Source of the DNA: Oscillospiraceae bacterium | GTDB lineage: Bacteria > Bacillota > Clostridia > Oscillospirales > Oscillospiraceae | Assembly (NCBI GenBank): GCA_051867635.1 | Contig: JBJDYT010000006.1 | Coordinates: 25,293-89,292 of the forward strand | Reading direction: 5' to 3' | DNA length: 64,000 nucleotides | In this document: one piece after another, positions 28,664 to 37,299 of the stretch | How the letters are laid out: every line of letters begins with the position of its first letter | How positions within the stretch are numbered: the first letter of the stretch is position 1 | Translations under genes and position numbers: made by a program | Notes under the pieces: generated by a model | Told to the model about the DNA's origin: nothing | Seen by the model: the letters and a program-made list of their open reading frames with translations, nothing else | Databases searched by the model: none

Positions 28664-29170
28664 ATGTACAAAGACGAGGTCAATCGCTCTCCCTTTACCC
28701 AGGCGGCGCTTCTGCTGCTGCGCCGCCCCCAGGCGGAGGCGCAGCTGCACGGCAGCGACAAGCACCCCGCGCTTCGCGGCACGGTGCGCTTTTATCAGAC
28801 GGAGGCGGGCGTCCTGGTGGCGGCGGCGGTGGAGGGCCTGCCGGAAAGCGGCGCCGCCTGCCCCTCGGATATCTTCGCTTTCCACATCCACAGCGGCGGC
28901 CGCTGCGCCGGGAACGCCCAGGACCCCTTCGCGGACGCCCTGACCCACTACGACCCCGGCCACTGCCCCCATCCCGGCCACGCGGGGGATATGCCTCCGC
29001 TCTTCGGCAGCGGCGGCAGGGCCCTGCAGCTTTTCATGACGGACCGCTTCACCGTGGAGGAGGTAGTGGGAAAGACGGTCATCGTCCACGCCAAGCCCGA
29101 CGATTTCACCACCCAGCCCTCCGGCGCCGCCGGGGAAAAGATCGCCTGCGGCGTCATATACTATGCCTGA
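28664..29170 (+). CDS. Cu/Zn superoxide dismutase family protein, no signal peptide
   Basis: 168 aa with FAFHIHSGG, HYDPGHCPHPGHAGDMP, VIVHAKPDD and a C-terminal IACGVI. I placed the start at the ATG at 28664, after AGGAGGA. Confidence 0.8.
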   Translation: MYKDEVNRSPFTQAALLLLRRPQAEAQLHGSDKHPALRGTVRFYQTEAGVLVAAAVEGLPESGAACPSDIFAFHIHSGGRCAGNAQDPFADALTHYDPGHCPHPGHAGDMPPLFGSGGRALQLFMTDRFTVEEVVGKTVIVHAKPDDFTTQPSGAAGEKIACGVIYYA

Positions 29171-29201
29171 CGCCGAGACGGAAAATAACTCCCGCGGACG
29201 G

Positions 29202-29231
29202 TTGACAAGGCTTCCCTCAGAGACTTATAAT
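29202..29231 (+). promoter_or_regulatory. Consensus sigma-A promoter of the mgtE leader
   Basis: TTGACA, 18 nt, TATAAT. Confidence 0.8.
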
Positions 29232-29237
29232 CGTAGC

Positions 29238-29405
29238 AGAACAAGTGCATATGCTGTCCGGTAGGTAAGGCTACCACAGGGATATGGATTGCTGCCGCGA
29301 AGTGGTGGAGACACCATGAGAGGGTTTGAACAGGCGTTATCGAAAGCCAAGGTACCGTCTAACGCAATTACACCGCCTTGTGAAGCTAAAGCTTGAACGG
29401 TCAGG
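29238..29405 (+). promoter_or_regulatory. M-box (ykoK-type) magnesium riboswitch aptamer
   Basis: GGTAGGTAAGGCTACC, GCTGCCGCGAA, AGACACCATGAGAGGGTTTGAACAG, CAAGGTA and GAAGCTAAAGCTTGAACG match the conserved blocks of the B. subtilis mgtE leader, in the same order. Confidence 0.88.
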
Positions 29406-29432
29406 AAGCCGCCCCGGGGCGGCTTTCGTTGC
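29406..29432 (+). terminator. Expression-platform terminator of the M-box
   Basis: Stem AAGCCGCC-CCGG-GGCGGCTT followed by TCGTT. Confidence 0.7.
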
Positions 29433-29533
29433 TCGCTCACAGGGGCCGCCTTCGGACGCCGCTTGTGGGCGCTTTTTTTGCTGTTTTCCGGGCCCGCCCG
29501 GAGCGCCCTATACGCAGGAAAGGAGGTCGCGCT

Positions 29534-30988
29534 ATGGAAGAACACGAAACCGATATCCGGACCCGGCCCGCAGAGGGCCCCGGGCCCGAGGAGGAAGCCC
29601 CGGAAAGTCCGGAGACGGTGGAGGAGCTGACCCGCTCCGAACAGATCGAGGAGCTGCTGGAGCAAAAGCAGTATGCGCGCCTGCGGGACCTGCTGGTGGA
29701 GATGGAAGCGCCCGACATCTACGCCCTGCTGGAGGACCTGACGGAGCGGCAGCAGTCCATTGTCTTCCGCCTGCTGCCCAAGGAGCTGGCGGCGGAGACC
29801 TTCGTGGAGATGGACGGCGAGGTGCAGGAGATGCTCATCCGCGGCTTCTCCGACACGGAGCTGCGGGAGGTGCTGGAGGAGCTGTACCTGGACGACACGG
29901 TGGACATCATCGAGGAGATGCCCGCCACGGTGGTCAAGCGCATCCTCCGCCAGTCCGACCCCGAAAGCCGCCGGGCCATCAACGAGCTGCTGAAATACCC
30001 CCGCTACTCCGCCGGCTCCATCATGACGCCGGAATATGTGGACCTGCATGAGAACACCACCGTGGCGGACGCCTTCAAGCGCATCCGCCGCATCGGTCTG
30101 GACCGGGAGACCATCTATATCTGCTATGTGACGGACGAGAACCGGCACCTGCTGGGCCTCGTCTCGGTCAAGACGCTCCTGCTGGCGGCGGAGGACGATA
30201 TCATCGAGGATATCATGGAGTCCGACGTCATCTCCGTGGACACCCTCACCGACCAGGAGGAAGTGGCCCGGATGCTGAGCAAGTACGACTTCGTGGCCAT
30301 CCCCGTGGTGGACACGGAGAACCGCCTCGTGGGCATCGTCACCGTGGACGACGCCATCGACGTCATGGAGGAGGAGGCCACCGAGGATATCGAGAAGATG
30401 GCCGCCATCACCCCCACGGACAAGCCCTACCTCCGCACCGGCCCCCTGGAGACCTGGAAGGCCCGCATCCCCTGGCTGATGATCCTGATGCTCTCCGCCA
30501 CCTTCACCAGCATGATCATCTCCCACTTTGAGTCGGCCCTGGCCGCCTGCATCGTTCTCAACTCCTATATCCCCATGCTCACCGGCACCGGCGGCAACAG
30601 CGGCACCCAGGCCTCCGTGGCCGTCATCCGCGCGCTGTCCCTGGACGAGGTGGATTTTTCCGACCTCTTCCGGGTGGTCTGGAAGGAGAGCCGGGTGGGC
30701 GTCCTCTGCGGCCTGGTGCTGGCCGCCGCCAACTTCGCGAAAATGCTGCTGTTCGACCGCATGCTCATGGGCGACGACTCCGTCACCGTGGGGGTGGCGG
30801 CCACGGTGAGCCTGACGCTGGTGCTGGTGGTGTTCGTGGCGAAATTCGTGGGCAGCATCCTGCCGCTGCTGGCGAAAAAGCTGCACCTGGACCCCGCTGT
30901 CATGGCGAGCCCCTTCATCTCCACCATCGTGGACGCCCTCTCGCTGCTGATCTATTTCCAGTTCGCCCACTGGCTGCTGGGGGTGTAG
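29534..30988 (+). CDS. mgtE: Magnesium transporter MgtE
   Basis: 484 aa with an MgtE N-domain, two CBS domains and a C-terminal 5-TM domain (PMLTGTGGNSGTQAS). I placed the start at the ATG at 29534, after AGGAGG. Confidence 0.95.
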   Translation: MEEHETDIRTRPAEGPGPEEEAPESPETVEELTRSEQIEELLEQKQYARLRDLLVEMEAPDIYALLEDLTERQQSIVFRLLPKELAAETFVEMDGEVQEMLIRGFSDTELREVLEELYLDDTVDIIEEMPATVVKRILRQSDPESRRAINELLKYPRYSAGSIMTPEYVDLHENTTVADAFKRIRRIGLDRETIYICYVTDENRHLLGLVSVKTLLLAAEDDIIEDIMESDVISVDTLTDQEEVARMLSKYDFVAIPVVDTENRLVGIVTVDDAIDVMEEEATEDIEKMAAITPTDKPYLRTGPLETWKARIPWLMILMLSATFTSMIISHFESALAACIVLNSYIPMLTGTGGNSGTQASVAVIRALSLDEVDFSDLFRVVWKESRVGVLCGLVLAAANFAKMLLFDRMLMGDDSVTVGVAATVSLTLVLVVFVAKFVGSILPLLAKKLHLDPAVMASPFISTIVDALSLLIYFQFAHWLLGV

Positions 30989-31022
30989 GGAACGCGCCGG
31001 CGCTTCGCTTTGTTTTTTCAAA

Positions 31023-31056
31023 TATACCGCGGCCGAAAGGCTGCGGTATATTTTTA
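31023..31056 (+). terminator. Intrinsic terminator of mgtE
   Basis: 12-bp stem TATACCGCGGCC-GAAA-GGCTGCGGTATA followed by TTTTTAT. Confidence 0.85.
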
Positions 31057-31117
31057 TCGGCACGGTACAAACTATCTCCGGCGAAAGCCAAATCTATTCC
31101 CAAAGGAGATCCTCCTC

Positions 31118-31282
31118 ATGAATAACAACCCCAACACTTCCATCCATTGTACCGTGGACCAGTGCGCCCATCACTGCGGCGACGTGCAGTACTGCGCCCT
31201 GCAGTCCGTGCAGATCGGCACCCACGAGAGCAACCCCACCCAGCAGCAGTGCGTGGACTGCCAGAGCTTCAAGCGCAAGTAA
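31118..31282 (+). CDS. DUF1540 domain-containing protein
   Basis: 54 aa with the Cys/His pattern HCTVDQCAHHCGDVQYCAL...CVDCQSF. AAAGGAG lies upstream. Confidence 0.75.
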   Translation: MNNNPNTSIHCTVDQCAHHCGDVQYCALQSVQIGTHESNPTQQQCVDCQSFKRK

Positions 31283-31372
31283 CCCTCTCCTCTTTCGGCG
31301 AAAAAAGGGGACCGGACCCCGCCGGGTCCGGTCCCCCCTGCTGTATACCGGATAAAACGGAGGTATCCCGCC

Positions 31373-31729
31373 ATGAAAAAGCGTTCCTGGAGGCTCGCCC
31401 TGGCTGCCGCCGCCGCGGGGACCGTCAACGGCCTGTTCGGCGGAGGCGGGGGCATGGCGCTGCTGCCGCTGCTGAGCCGGGAGCCGGCGCTGGAGGGCCG
31501 CGCCCTCTTCGCCAACTCCGTGGCCATCATCCTGCCGCTGTGCCTCGTCAGCGTGGCGGTGTCGGCCTGCTTCGAGCCGCTGCCCCTGAAGGAAGCCCTG
31601 CCCTACCTGCTGGGCGGCGCCGCCGGGGCGGCCGTGGGCGCAAGGCTGTTTTCCAAAATGCCCCCCGCCTGGCTCAAGCGGCTGTTCGCCCTGTTTCTGT
31701 TTTACGCGGGGGTGAAATATCTGCTGTGA
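31373..31729 (+). CDS. TauE/SafE family half-size membrane protein (first of a split pair)
   Basis: 118 aa, about 4 TM, with the glycine-rich motif GLFGGGGGMALLPLL. Confidence 0.75.
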   Translation: MKKRSWRLALAAAAAGTVNGLFGGGGGMALLPLLSREPALEGRALFANSVAIILPLCLVSVAVSACFEPLPLKEALPYLLGGAAGAAVGARLFSKMPPAWLKRLFALFLFYAGVKYLL

Positions 31730-32115
31730 AGTTTATCGTTCCCCTGCTCGCGGGCTGCGCCGCCGGGGTGCTGGCCGCCTGGGGCGTGGGCGGCGGGACG
31801 CTGCTGCTCCTGTGCATGACGCTACTGCTGGGGGTCCCCCAGCGCACCGCCCAGGCCATCAACCTGCTCTTCTTCCTCCCCACCGCCGCCGTGGCCCTGC
31901 TGCACCACCGCAGGGACGGCTATCTCAGGCCGGAGGTCCTGCGCCGCACCATCCCCGCCGGGACGCTCTGCGCGGCGCTGGCCGCCCTGCTGGCGCGGCA
32001 CATCGACACGGAGGCCCTGCGCCGGCCCTTCGGCGTATTTCTGCTGCTGGCGGGGGCCATGCTCCTGCTGCAGAGCCGGCGGAAAAACGCCGACGGGGAG
32101 AATACGCCCTCTTAG
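31726..32115 (+). CDS. TauE/SafE family half-size membrane protein (second of a split pair)
   Basis: The GTG start at 31726 overlaps the upstream stop (GTGA). It has VGGGTLLLLCMTLLLG and about 4 TM segments. It is the only coding-like part of the long ORF 31147-32115. Confidence 0.7.
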   Translation: MKFIVPLLAGCAAGVLAAWGVGGGTLLLLCMTLLLGVPQRTAQAINLLFFLPTAAVALLHHRRDGYLRPEVLRRTIPAGTLCAALAALLARHIDTEALRRPFGVFLLLAGAMLLLQSRRKNADGENTPS

Positions 32116-32270
32116 CGGAATCTTAACACATTCTTAGCGCAAAGCGCCCCGGAAATATGCTATACTGCTTTTCAGAGAACGCGCCGCTTTTCCGCCCCTA
32201 TGCCGCCTCTTCCGGGAGACGGCATATGTTCTATCCCGCTGTCCCGGCCCCGCCGGCAGGAGGTGCCCCT

Positions 32271-33383
32271 ATGGCTTCTGAGAAAAATCCCGCTCCGTCG
32301 CCGGAGCGCCGCTTTCCCCTGCGCTGGAACGACATGATGGTCTCCGTCACCGTCTTCACCGGCGCCATCATCTGCTGCACCGTCCTCAACCAGGCCACGG
32401 CCGAGAGCGCGGACAGCGCCCACGTGCCGCTGATCTTCGTGCTGGCGGTGGCCCTGATCTCCCGCATGACGGACGGCTATTTCTGGGGCGTGCTGTGTTC
32501 CCTCATCAGCGTGTTCTTTGTGAACTACTATTTTACATATCCTTTTCATGCCTTCAACTTCACCCTCTCCGGCTACCCGCTGACCTTCCTCTCCATGCTG
32601 GCGGTGTCCCTCATCATCAGCGCCGCCACCACCCAGATCAAGCGGCAGGAGGCCCTGCGGGCCAAGGCGGAGCAGGAGCTGCTGCGGGCGAACCTGCTTC
32701 GGGCGGTCTCCCACGATATCCGAACGCCCCTGACCTCCATCATCGGCGCCTCCTCCACGCTGCTGGAGCACGGGGAGGCGCTGGACGAGGAGCAGAAGGC
32801 CATCCTCCTGAGCGATATCAACGAGGACGCCCACTGGCTGGTCCGCGTGGTGGAGAACCTGCTGTCCATCACCCGCATCAGCGGGCGCACGGAGATCAGC
32901 AAGGAGCCGGAGCTCATCGAGGACGTCATGGCGGAGACGGTGCTGAAATTCCAGAAGAGCTATCCCGACATCGAGGTGGAGGTGGCGGCGCCCGGGGAGG
33001 TGCTGCTGGTCCCCATGGACGCCATTTTGATCGAGCAGGTCATCTTCAACCTGATGGAGAACTCCGCCCGGCACGGCGGCACCACCACCCGCATCCTGCT
33101 CTCCGCGGAGGAGGTCCGGGGCCGCGCCCTGGTCCGCGTCGCCGACAACGGCCGCGGCATCGCGCCGGAAAAGCTGGAGGCGCTGTGCAGCGGCGACTAC
33201 GGCCAGCTCAGCAGCGGCGCGCCCGACGCCAGGCGCAACATGGGCATCGGCCTCTCCGTCTGCCGCACCATCATCCACGTCCACGGGGGCGAGCTGTCCG
33301 CCCGGAACCTGCCGGAGGGCGGCGCGGAATTCTCATTCACACTACCTTTGGAAGAGGGGGACTCTCATGAAGATCAGAGATAG
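32271..33383 (+). CDS. Sensor histidine kinase resembling the C-terminal half of KdpD (membrane DUF4118-like + HisKA + HATPase)
   Basis: It has 3-4 TM segments, the H-box LRAVSHDIRTPLTSI, the N-box NLMENSARHG, and G-boxes DNGRGI and GIGLSV. I placed the start at the ATG at 32271, after AGGAGG. Confidence 0.85.
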   Translation: MASEKNPAPSPERRFPLRWNDMMVSVTVFTGAIICCTVLNQATAESADSAHVPLIFVLAVALISRMTDGYFWGVLCSLISVFFVNYYFTYPFHAFNFTLSGYPLTFLSMLAVSLIISAATTQIKRQEALRAKAEQELLRANLLRAVSHDIRTPLTSIIGASSTLLEHGEALDEEQKAILLSDINEDAHWLVRVVENLLSITRISGRTEISKEPELIEDVMAETVLKFQKSYPDIEVEVAAPGEVLLVPMDAILIEQVIFNLMENSARHGGTTTRILLSAEEVRGRALVRVADNGRGIAPEKLEALCSGDYGQLSSGAPDARRNMGIGLSVCRTIIHVHGGELSARNLPEGGAEFSFTLPLEEGDSHEDQR

Positions 33384-34074
33384 GATCCTCATTATCGAGG
33401 ACGAACAGAACATCAGCCACTTCATCTCCGCCATCCTCAGCAGCAGCGGCTACGACGCCATCATCGCCCACAGCGGCACGGAAGCCATCAGCATGATCTC
33501 CTCCCACTGTCCGGACCTGATCGTGCTGGACCTGGGCCTGCCGGACATGGATGGGCTGGAGATCCTGAAAAGCGTCCGCTCCTGGTCCTCCCTCCCCATT
33601 GTGGTGGTCTCCGCCCGCACCCATGAAAGCGACAAGGTGGAGGCCCTGGACCTGGGGGCCGACGACTACATCGCCAAGCCCTTCGGCACCTCGGAGCTGC
33701 TGGCCCGCATCCGGGCCGCCATCCGCCACACCCGCACCACCTCCGCCAACGCCGGCATCGCCCAGACGGGGAAGTTCTCCACCGGGGAGCTGACGGTGGA
33801 CTACGACCAGCACACGGTCCTCGTGGGCGGGGAGGACGCGCATCTGACGCTGAACGAGTACCGCATCGTCTCCCTGCTGGCCCGCCACGCGGGGAAGGTG
33901 CTGACCTACGACTACATCATCCGGGAGCTCTGGGGCCCCAACGCCAAGTGCAACAACCAGATCCTGCGGGTGAACATGGCCAACATCCGCCGCAAGATCG
34001 AGAAGAACCCCGCCGCCCCCCACTACATCTTCACCAAGGTGGGGGTGGGCTACCGCATGGCGGAGGGCGACTGA
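33367..34074 (+). CDS. OmpR-family response regulator (KdpE-like)
   Basis: The receiver has ILIIEDE, LIVLDLGLPDMDG and DDYIAKPF. A winged-helix output domain follows. It overlaps the kinase gene by 17 nt. Confidence 0.9.
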   Translation: MKIRDRILIIEDEQNISHFISAILSSSGYDAIIAHSGTEAISMISSHCPDLIVLDLGLPDMDGLEILKSVRSWSSLPIVVVSARTHESDKVEALDLGADDYIAKPFGTSELLARIRAAIRHTRTTSANAGIAQTGKFSTGELTVDYDQHTVLVGGEDAHLTLNEYRIVSLLARHAGKVLTYDYIIRELWGPNAKCNNQILRVNMANIRRKIEKNPAAPHYIFTKVGVGYRMAEGD

Positions 34075-34108
34075 CGCGCCCGGCGCAGGGCCATGACATA
34101 GCGCAGCA

Positions 34109-34145
34109 AAGACCGCCGCGGCGCTCCGCGGCGGTCTTCCTTTTA
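34109..34145. terminator. Bidirectional terminator (response regulator / spoIID)
   Basis: 12-bp stem AAGACCGCCGCG/CGCGGCGGTCTT, flanked by an A-tract and CCTTTT. Confidence 0.8.
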
Positions 34146-35138
34146 CCCCGTATACGTCTCCAGCGTCACGCCGGTATAGTACCACTGGAGGATCTCCTGC
34201 CAGCTTTTGCCCTGCTTGGCCAGGGCGTTGGCCCCGTACTGGCTCATGCCCACGCCGTGGCCGTAGCCCTGGGTGGAGAAGGTCAGCAGGCCGTCCGCCG
34301 CCGTGACGCTGAAGCAGGCGGAGCGCAGGCCCAGCGCCCGCCGCAGCTCCACGCCCCGCAGGGTCACGCCCCCCACGGTCAGGGTGCTGACATAGCCCGA
34401 GGCGTCCCGGACGATGTCCTTCACCCAGCCCGACGCGTCCCCGGTGAGCTGCGCCTCGGGCCAGACGGCGAGGATGGCGTTTCGGAACTCCTCCTCCGTG
34501 AAGGAGACGGTGGTGACGTAGTTCGGCACGTCCTCCGCGCTCTCCGGGCTCTCCACCCGCTGCAGATAGGGGACGGAGGCGCTCCAGGCCGCGGCCGCGT
34601 CCTCCGTGCCGTCGGCGGAGGAGGAGTGAAAGGCCGCCAGGATGGGCTCCCCGCCGTAGAGGATGGCCACGCCGTCCGTCTCCTCCTCCGCCGCGCGGAG
34701 CTTCTGCCAGTTCTCCTCCGCAAGAGCGCCCCAGTTGCTCCGGGCCGTCTCCTCCCGGATGTAGGCCTGGCAGCAGGAGGGCTGGTCGCAGAGGTCCGCC
34801 CCGCTCTCATGCTTGCCGCTGGAGCCGTGGGCCAGCTGATAGAGGGTATAGGTGCGGGCGGCCACGGTCTGGGCCTTCAGGGCCTCCGGCTCGAAGCCGG
34901 CGGGCATCTCCGCCGCCACCACCCCCACCAGGTAGTCGTCCAGGCGCAGCTCCTCCACTTCCCCGTCGATCTCCACCCGCAGCGTCCGCGCCCCGTCGAC
35001 GGACGCCGCCGGCCCCTCCTGCTCCCCCACCGGCCCCTCCTCGTCCTCCACCGCGGCGGCGGCCGGGAACCAGAGCAGGGGCAGCAGAAACAGCAGCACC
35101 CCCAGCACCGCCGTGAGTCCCACGCTTTGCTTCAGCAT
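34143..35138 (-). CDS. spoIID: Stage II sporulation protein D (SpoIID/LytB domain)
   Basis: 331 aa with a signal anchor, YLVGVVAAEMP, EALKAQTVAARTY, CCQAY and HGVGMSQYGA. Confidence 0.9.
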   Translation of the reverse strand: MLKQSVGLTAVLGVLLFLLPLLWFPAAAAVEDEEGPVGEQEGPAASVDGARTLRVEIDGEVEELRLDDYLVGVVAAEMPAGFEPEALKAQTVAARTYTLYQLAHGSSGKHESGADLCDQPSCCQAYIREETARSNWGALAEENWQKLRAAEEETDGVAILYGGEPILAAFHSSSADGTEDAAAAWSASVPYLQRVESPESAEDVPNYVTTVSFTEEEFRNAILAVWPEAQLTGDASGWVKDIVRDASGYVSTLTVGGVTLRGVELRRALGLRSACFSVTAADGLLTFSTQGYGHGVGMSQYGANALAKQGKSWQEILQWYYTGVTLETYTG

Positions 35139-35275
35139 CTTGTCCCTCCTTTTCTTTCGTTTTGTCCCTCCAGCCTATGCCCGCGGGGCTGGAAATATGT
35201 GTTTCTTCTCGTGGACAACGGTCCTTTTGCGTGCTATGATAGGGGGCAGAAAAAATCGTCCGAGGAGGCGAACGT

Positions 35276-36268
35276 ATGGCAAGACGCATCCTGCTCTCCC
35301 TCACCGCGGCCGCGGCAAGCGCCGGGGCCTACTGGCTGCGCCTGCAGCAGCTCCTCACCGCTTTCGAGCCGGAGACCGGCCTGCCCCTGCCGGCAAGCCG
35401 CTGGAGCTGCTACCTCTGGGGCCTGCTGGGGGCGCTGCTGCTGCTCTCCTTCCTGCTTCTGCTGCCGGAGAAGGGCGCGCCGCGCCTGTTCGGCGGCCGC
35501 CGCGTCCTGTTCGGCACGGTGCTGCAAAGCGCGGGCGCGCTGCTCCTGGCCGCCGGCGCCGCCTGGCAGCTTTACCTGCAGTATCCCGCCCTCAAATCGG
35601 CGGAGGCGCTGCTGGCGGCGCTGCTGCTGCTCTCCGCCCTGGCCCTCTTCGCCGGCGTCGCCGGCTGTCTCGGCCGGGAGGGGACGGGGCCGCTGCTCCT
35701 GCTGCCCATGTGCTGCGCCGTGCTGCAGCTGCTGGCGGCCTACCGCAGCTCCGCGGCGGAGCCCACCATGCTTTACTACGACATGCGCATCCTGGCTTTC
35801 GCCGCCGCGGCCGTGGCCGCCATGGGGCTCTGCGGCCTCGCCTTCGGCGCGGGGGGACGGCGCGTGTTCCTGCTCTCCGCCGCCATGACCCCGGCGCTCT
35901 GCGCCGCCGCCCTGGCGGACGGCGTCTCCATGCCCCGGGCCCTGGGGCTCATGGGCTGCGCCCTGGCGGCCTACGGCTTCTTCCTGGCCGTCCTCTTCGG
36001 CCTTCCTGTGGAGAAGCGCCCCGCCTACGAGCTGGTGGAGGACCCCTTCTCCACAGGCCCCGTCCCGGTGCGGCCCTCCGCCCCGGAGCCGGCTCCCCCC
36101 GCCTTCACGCCGGAGCCGGAGGAGGAAACCCCCGCACCGTGGCCCGCCCCCACGCCGGAACCCCCCGCCCCGGCGCCGGCGCCTCCCGCCCCGGCGGAGG
36201 ACGATTTCGACCTGGCCCGGGTGGACCGCCTGCTGGAGGAGCTGGAGCGGGAAAAACGCCAGAAATAA
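35276..36268 (+). CDS. Hypothetical polytopic membrane protein with Pro/Ala/Glu-rich C-terminal tail
   Basis: 330 aa, about 8 TM, then about 70 residues of PAPEP-type low complexity and a charged helix DRLLEELEREKRQK. Confidence 0.55.
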   Translation: MARRILLSLTAAAASAGAYWLRLQQLLTAFEPETGLPLPASRWSCYLWGLLGALLLLSFLLLLPEKGAPRLFGGRRVLFGTVLQSAGALLLAAGAAWQLYLQYPALKSAEALLAALLLLSALALFAGVAGCLGREGTGPLLLLPMCCAVLQLLAAYRSSAAEPTMLYYDMRILAFAAAAVAAMGLCGLAFGAGGRRVFLLSAAMTPALCAAALADGVSMPRALGLMGCALAAYGFFLAVLFGLPVEKRPAYELVEDPFSTGPVPVRPSAPEPAPPAFTPEPEEETPAPWPAPTPEPPAPAPAPPAPAEDDFDLARVDRLLEELEREKRQK

Positions 36269-36273
36269 GAGAA

Positions 36274-36309
36274 GGGAGCGAAAGCCGCCGCTTTCGCTCC
36301 CTCTTTTTC
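36274..36309 (+). terminator. Intrinsic terminator
   Basis: Stem GGGAGCGAAAG/CTTTCGCTCCC followed by TCTTTTT. Confidence 0.8.
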
Positions 36310-36325
36310 CCCAAAGACGCAGAAA

Positions 36326-36350
36326 AGCCGGTCCTTCGACCGGCCTTTCC
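36326..36350 (-). terminator. Probable tadA terminator, about 140 nt after its stop
   Basis: Stem GCCGGTC-CTTC-GACCGGC. On the minus strand it is followed by CTTTTCT. Confidence 0.55.
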
Positions 36351-36486
36351 ACTATGTTTTGGAAGATTGATGAAAAGAAGTTATTGTCTCTTGCAAGAAT
36401 GATGATACAGGACGCTTGTTAAAAAACAACGGGGCAGTTATTACAAAAGTATTAAATCTTCGCCACTTTTTTGCGATCTCTTCCGC

Positions 36487-36933
36487 TCAGGTCCGGAGCG
36501 CGGCGAAAAAGTCCCCCAGCAGCGCCCGGCACTCCTCCTCCAGCACGCCGCCCACCAGGGCCGGCGCATGGGGGAAGTCCTCCATAAACAGGTTCAGCAC
36601 GCCCCCGCAGGCCCCCATGGCCCGGTCCCGGGCGCCGTAAAAGACCCGGGCGATGCGGGCGTTCAGAATGGCCCCGGCGCACATGGGGCAGGGCTCCAGC
36701 GTCACATAGAGGCTGGCCCCCTCCAGCCGCCAGCTCCCGAGCCTGGCGTTGGCGTCGGCGATGGCCTCCATCTCCGCGTGGGAGGCGGCGGACCGCTTCT
36801 CCTCCCGCCGGTTGCGGCCCCGGCCCACGATCTCGCCGTCCAGCACGATGACGCAGCCCACGGGGACCTCCCCCGCCGCGGCGGCCTCCCGGGCCAGGGA
36901 AAGCGCCTGCGCCATATAGAACTCGTGGTCCAT
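36487..36933 (-). CDS. tadA: tRNA adenosine(34) deaminase
   Basis: 148 aa with the HAEMEAI and PCPMCAGA zinc motifs. Confidence 0.95.
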   Translation of the reverse strand: MDHEFYMAQALSLAREAAAAGEVPVGCVIVLDGEIVGRGRNRREEKRSAASHAEMEAIADANARLGSWRLEGASLYVTLEPCPMCAGAILNARIARVFYGARDRAMGACGGVLNLFMEDFPHAPALVGGVLEEECRALLGDFFAALRT

Positions 36934-37044
36934 GTCCCGTCCTCCCTCACATTTTTCCCGCGGCGGGTTTATCCGGCGGCATATTTGTCCAGAATTTCCG
37001 TAAAATAACAGTGAGGCATCGCCTCAAGGAACGGAGGAAACGCC

Positions 37045-37299
37045 ATGGCCCGCAAGTCAAACCCGCCCACGGAGCTGCAGCTGCTGAAGGAAGAGCTGCG
37101 CCGGACCCAGCAGGAGCTGGCCCTTGCCTACCAGCGCTTCAACGAAGCCGCCGAGCCGGAGCTGGTGGAATCCTGCATCTATGAGATCAAGGCCATCAAC
37201 GCCCGCTTCGGCTATCTCTACCGCGCCATCAAGGCCCAAAGCGGAGAGGACATGGCCGCCGCGGCAGGCCCGACAGGGGGTGTGCGCACATGGGTGTGA
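37045..37299 (+). CDS. yaaL: YaaL family protein (DUF2508)
   Basis: 84 aa with LLKEELRRTQQELALAYQRFNEA..PELVESCIYEIKA. It is followed by bofA, as in Bacillus. Confidence 0.8.
   Translation: MARKSNPPTELQLLKEELRRTQQELALAYQRFNEAAEPELVESCIYEIKAINARFGYLYRAIKAQSGEDMAAAAGPTGGVRTWV

Noticed and set aside
31147-32115. A single 322-aa ORF spanning the DUF1540 and TauE region.
   Set aside because: Only its last 130 codons look like membrane protein. The first part overlaps two better-supported genes in other frames and is Arg/Pro/Gly-rich.
36351-36486. The AT-rich spacer after tadA, considered as a degraded second SRP RNA copy.
   Set aside because: It has no GGAA-tetraloop domain IV motif and no long hairpin. 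The bona fide ffs is at 10047-10187.
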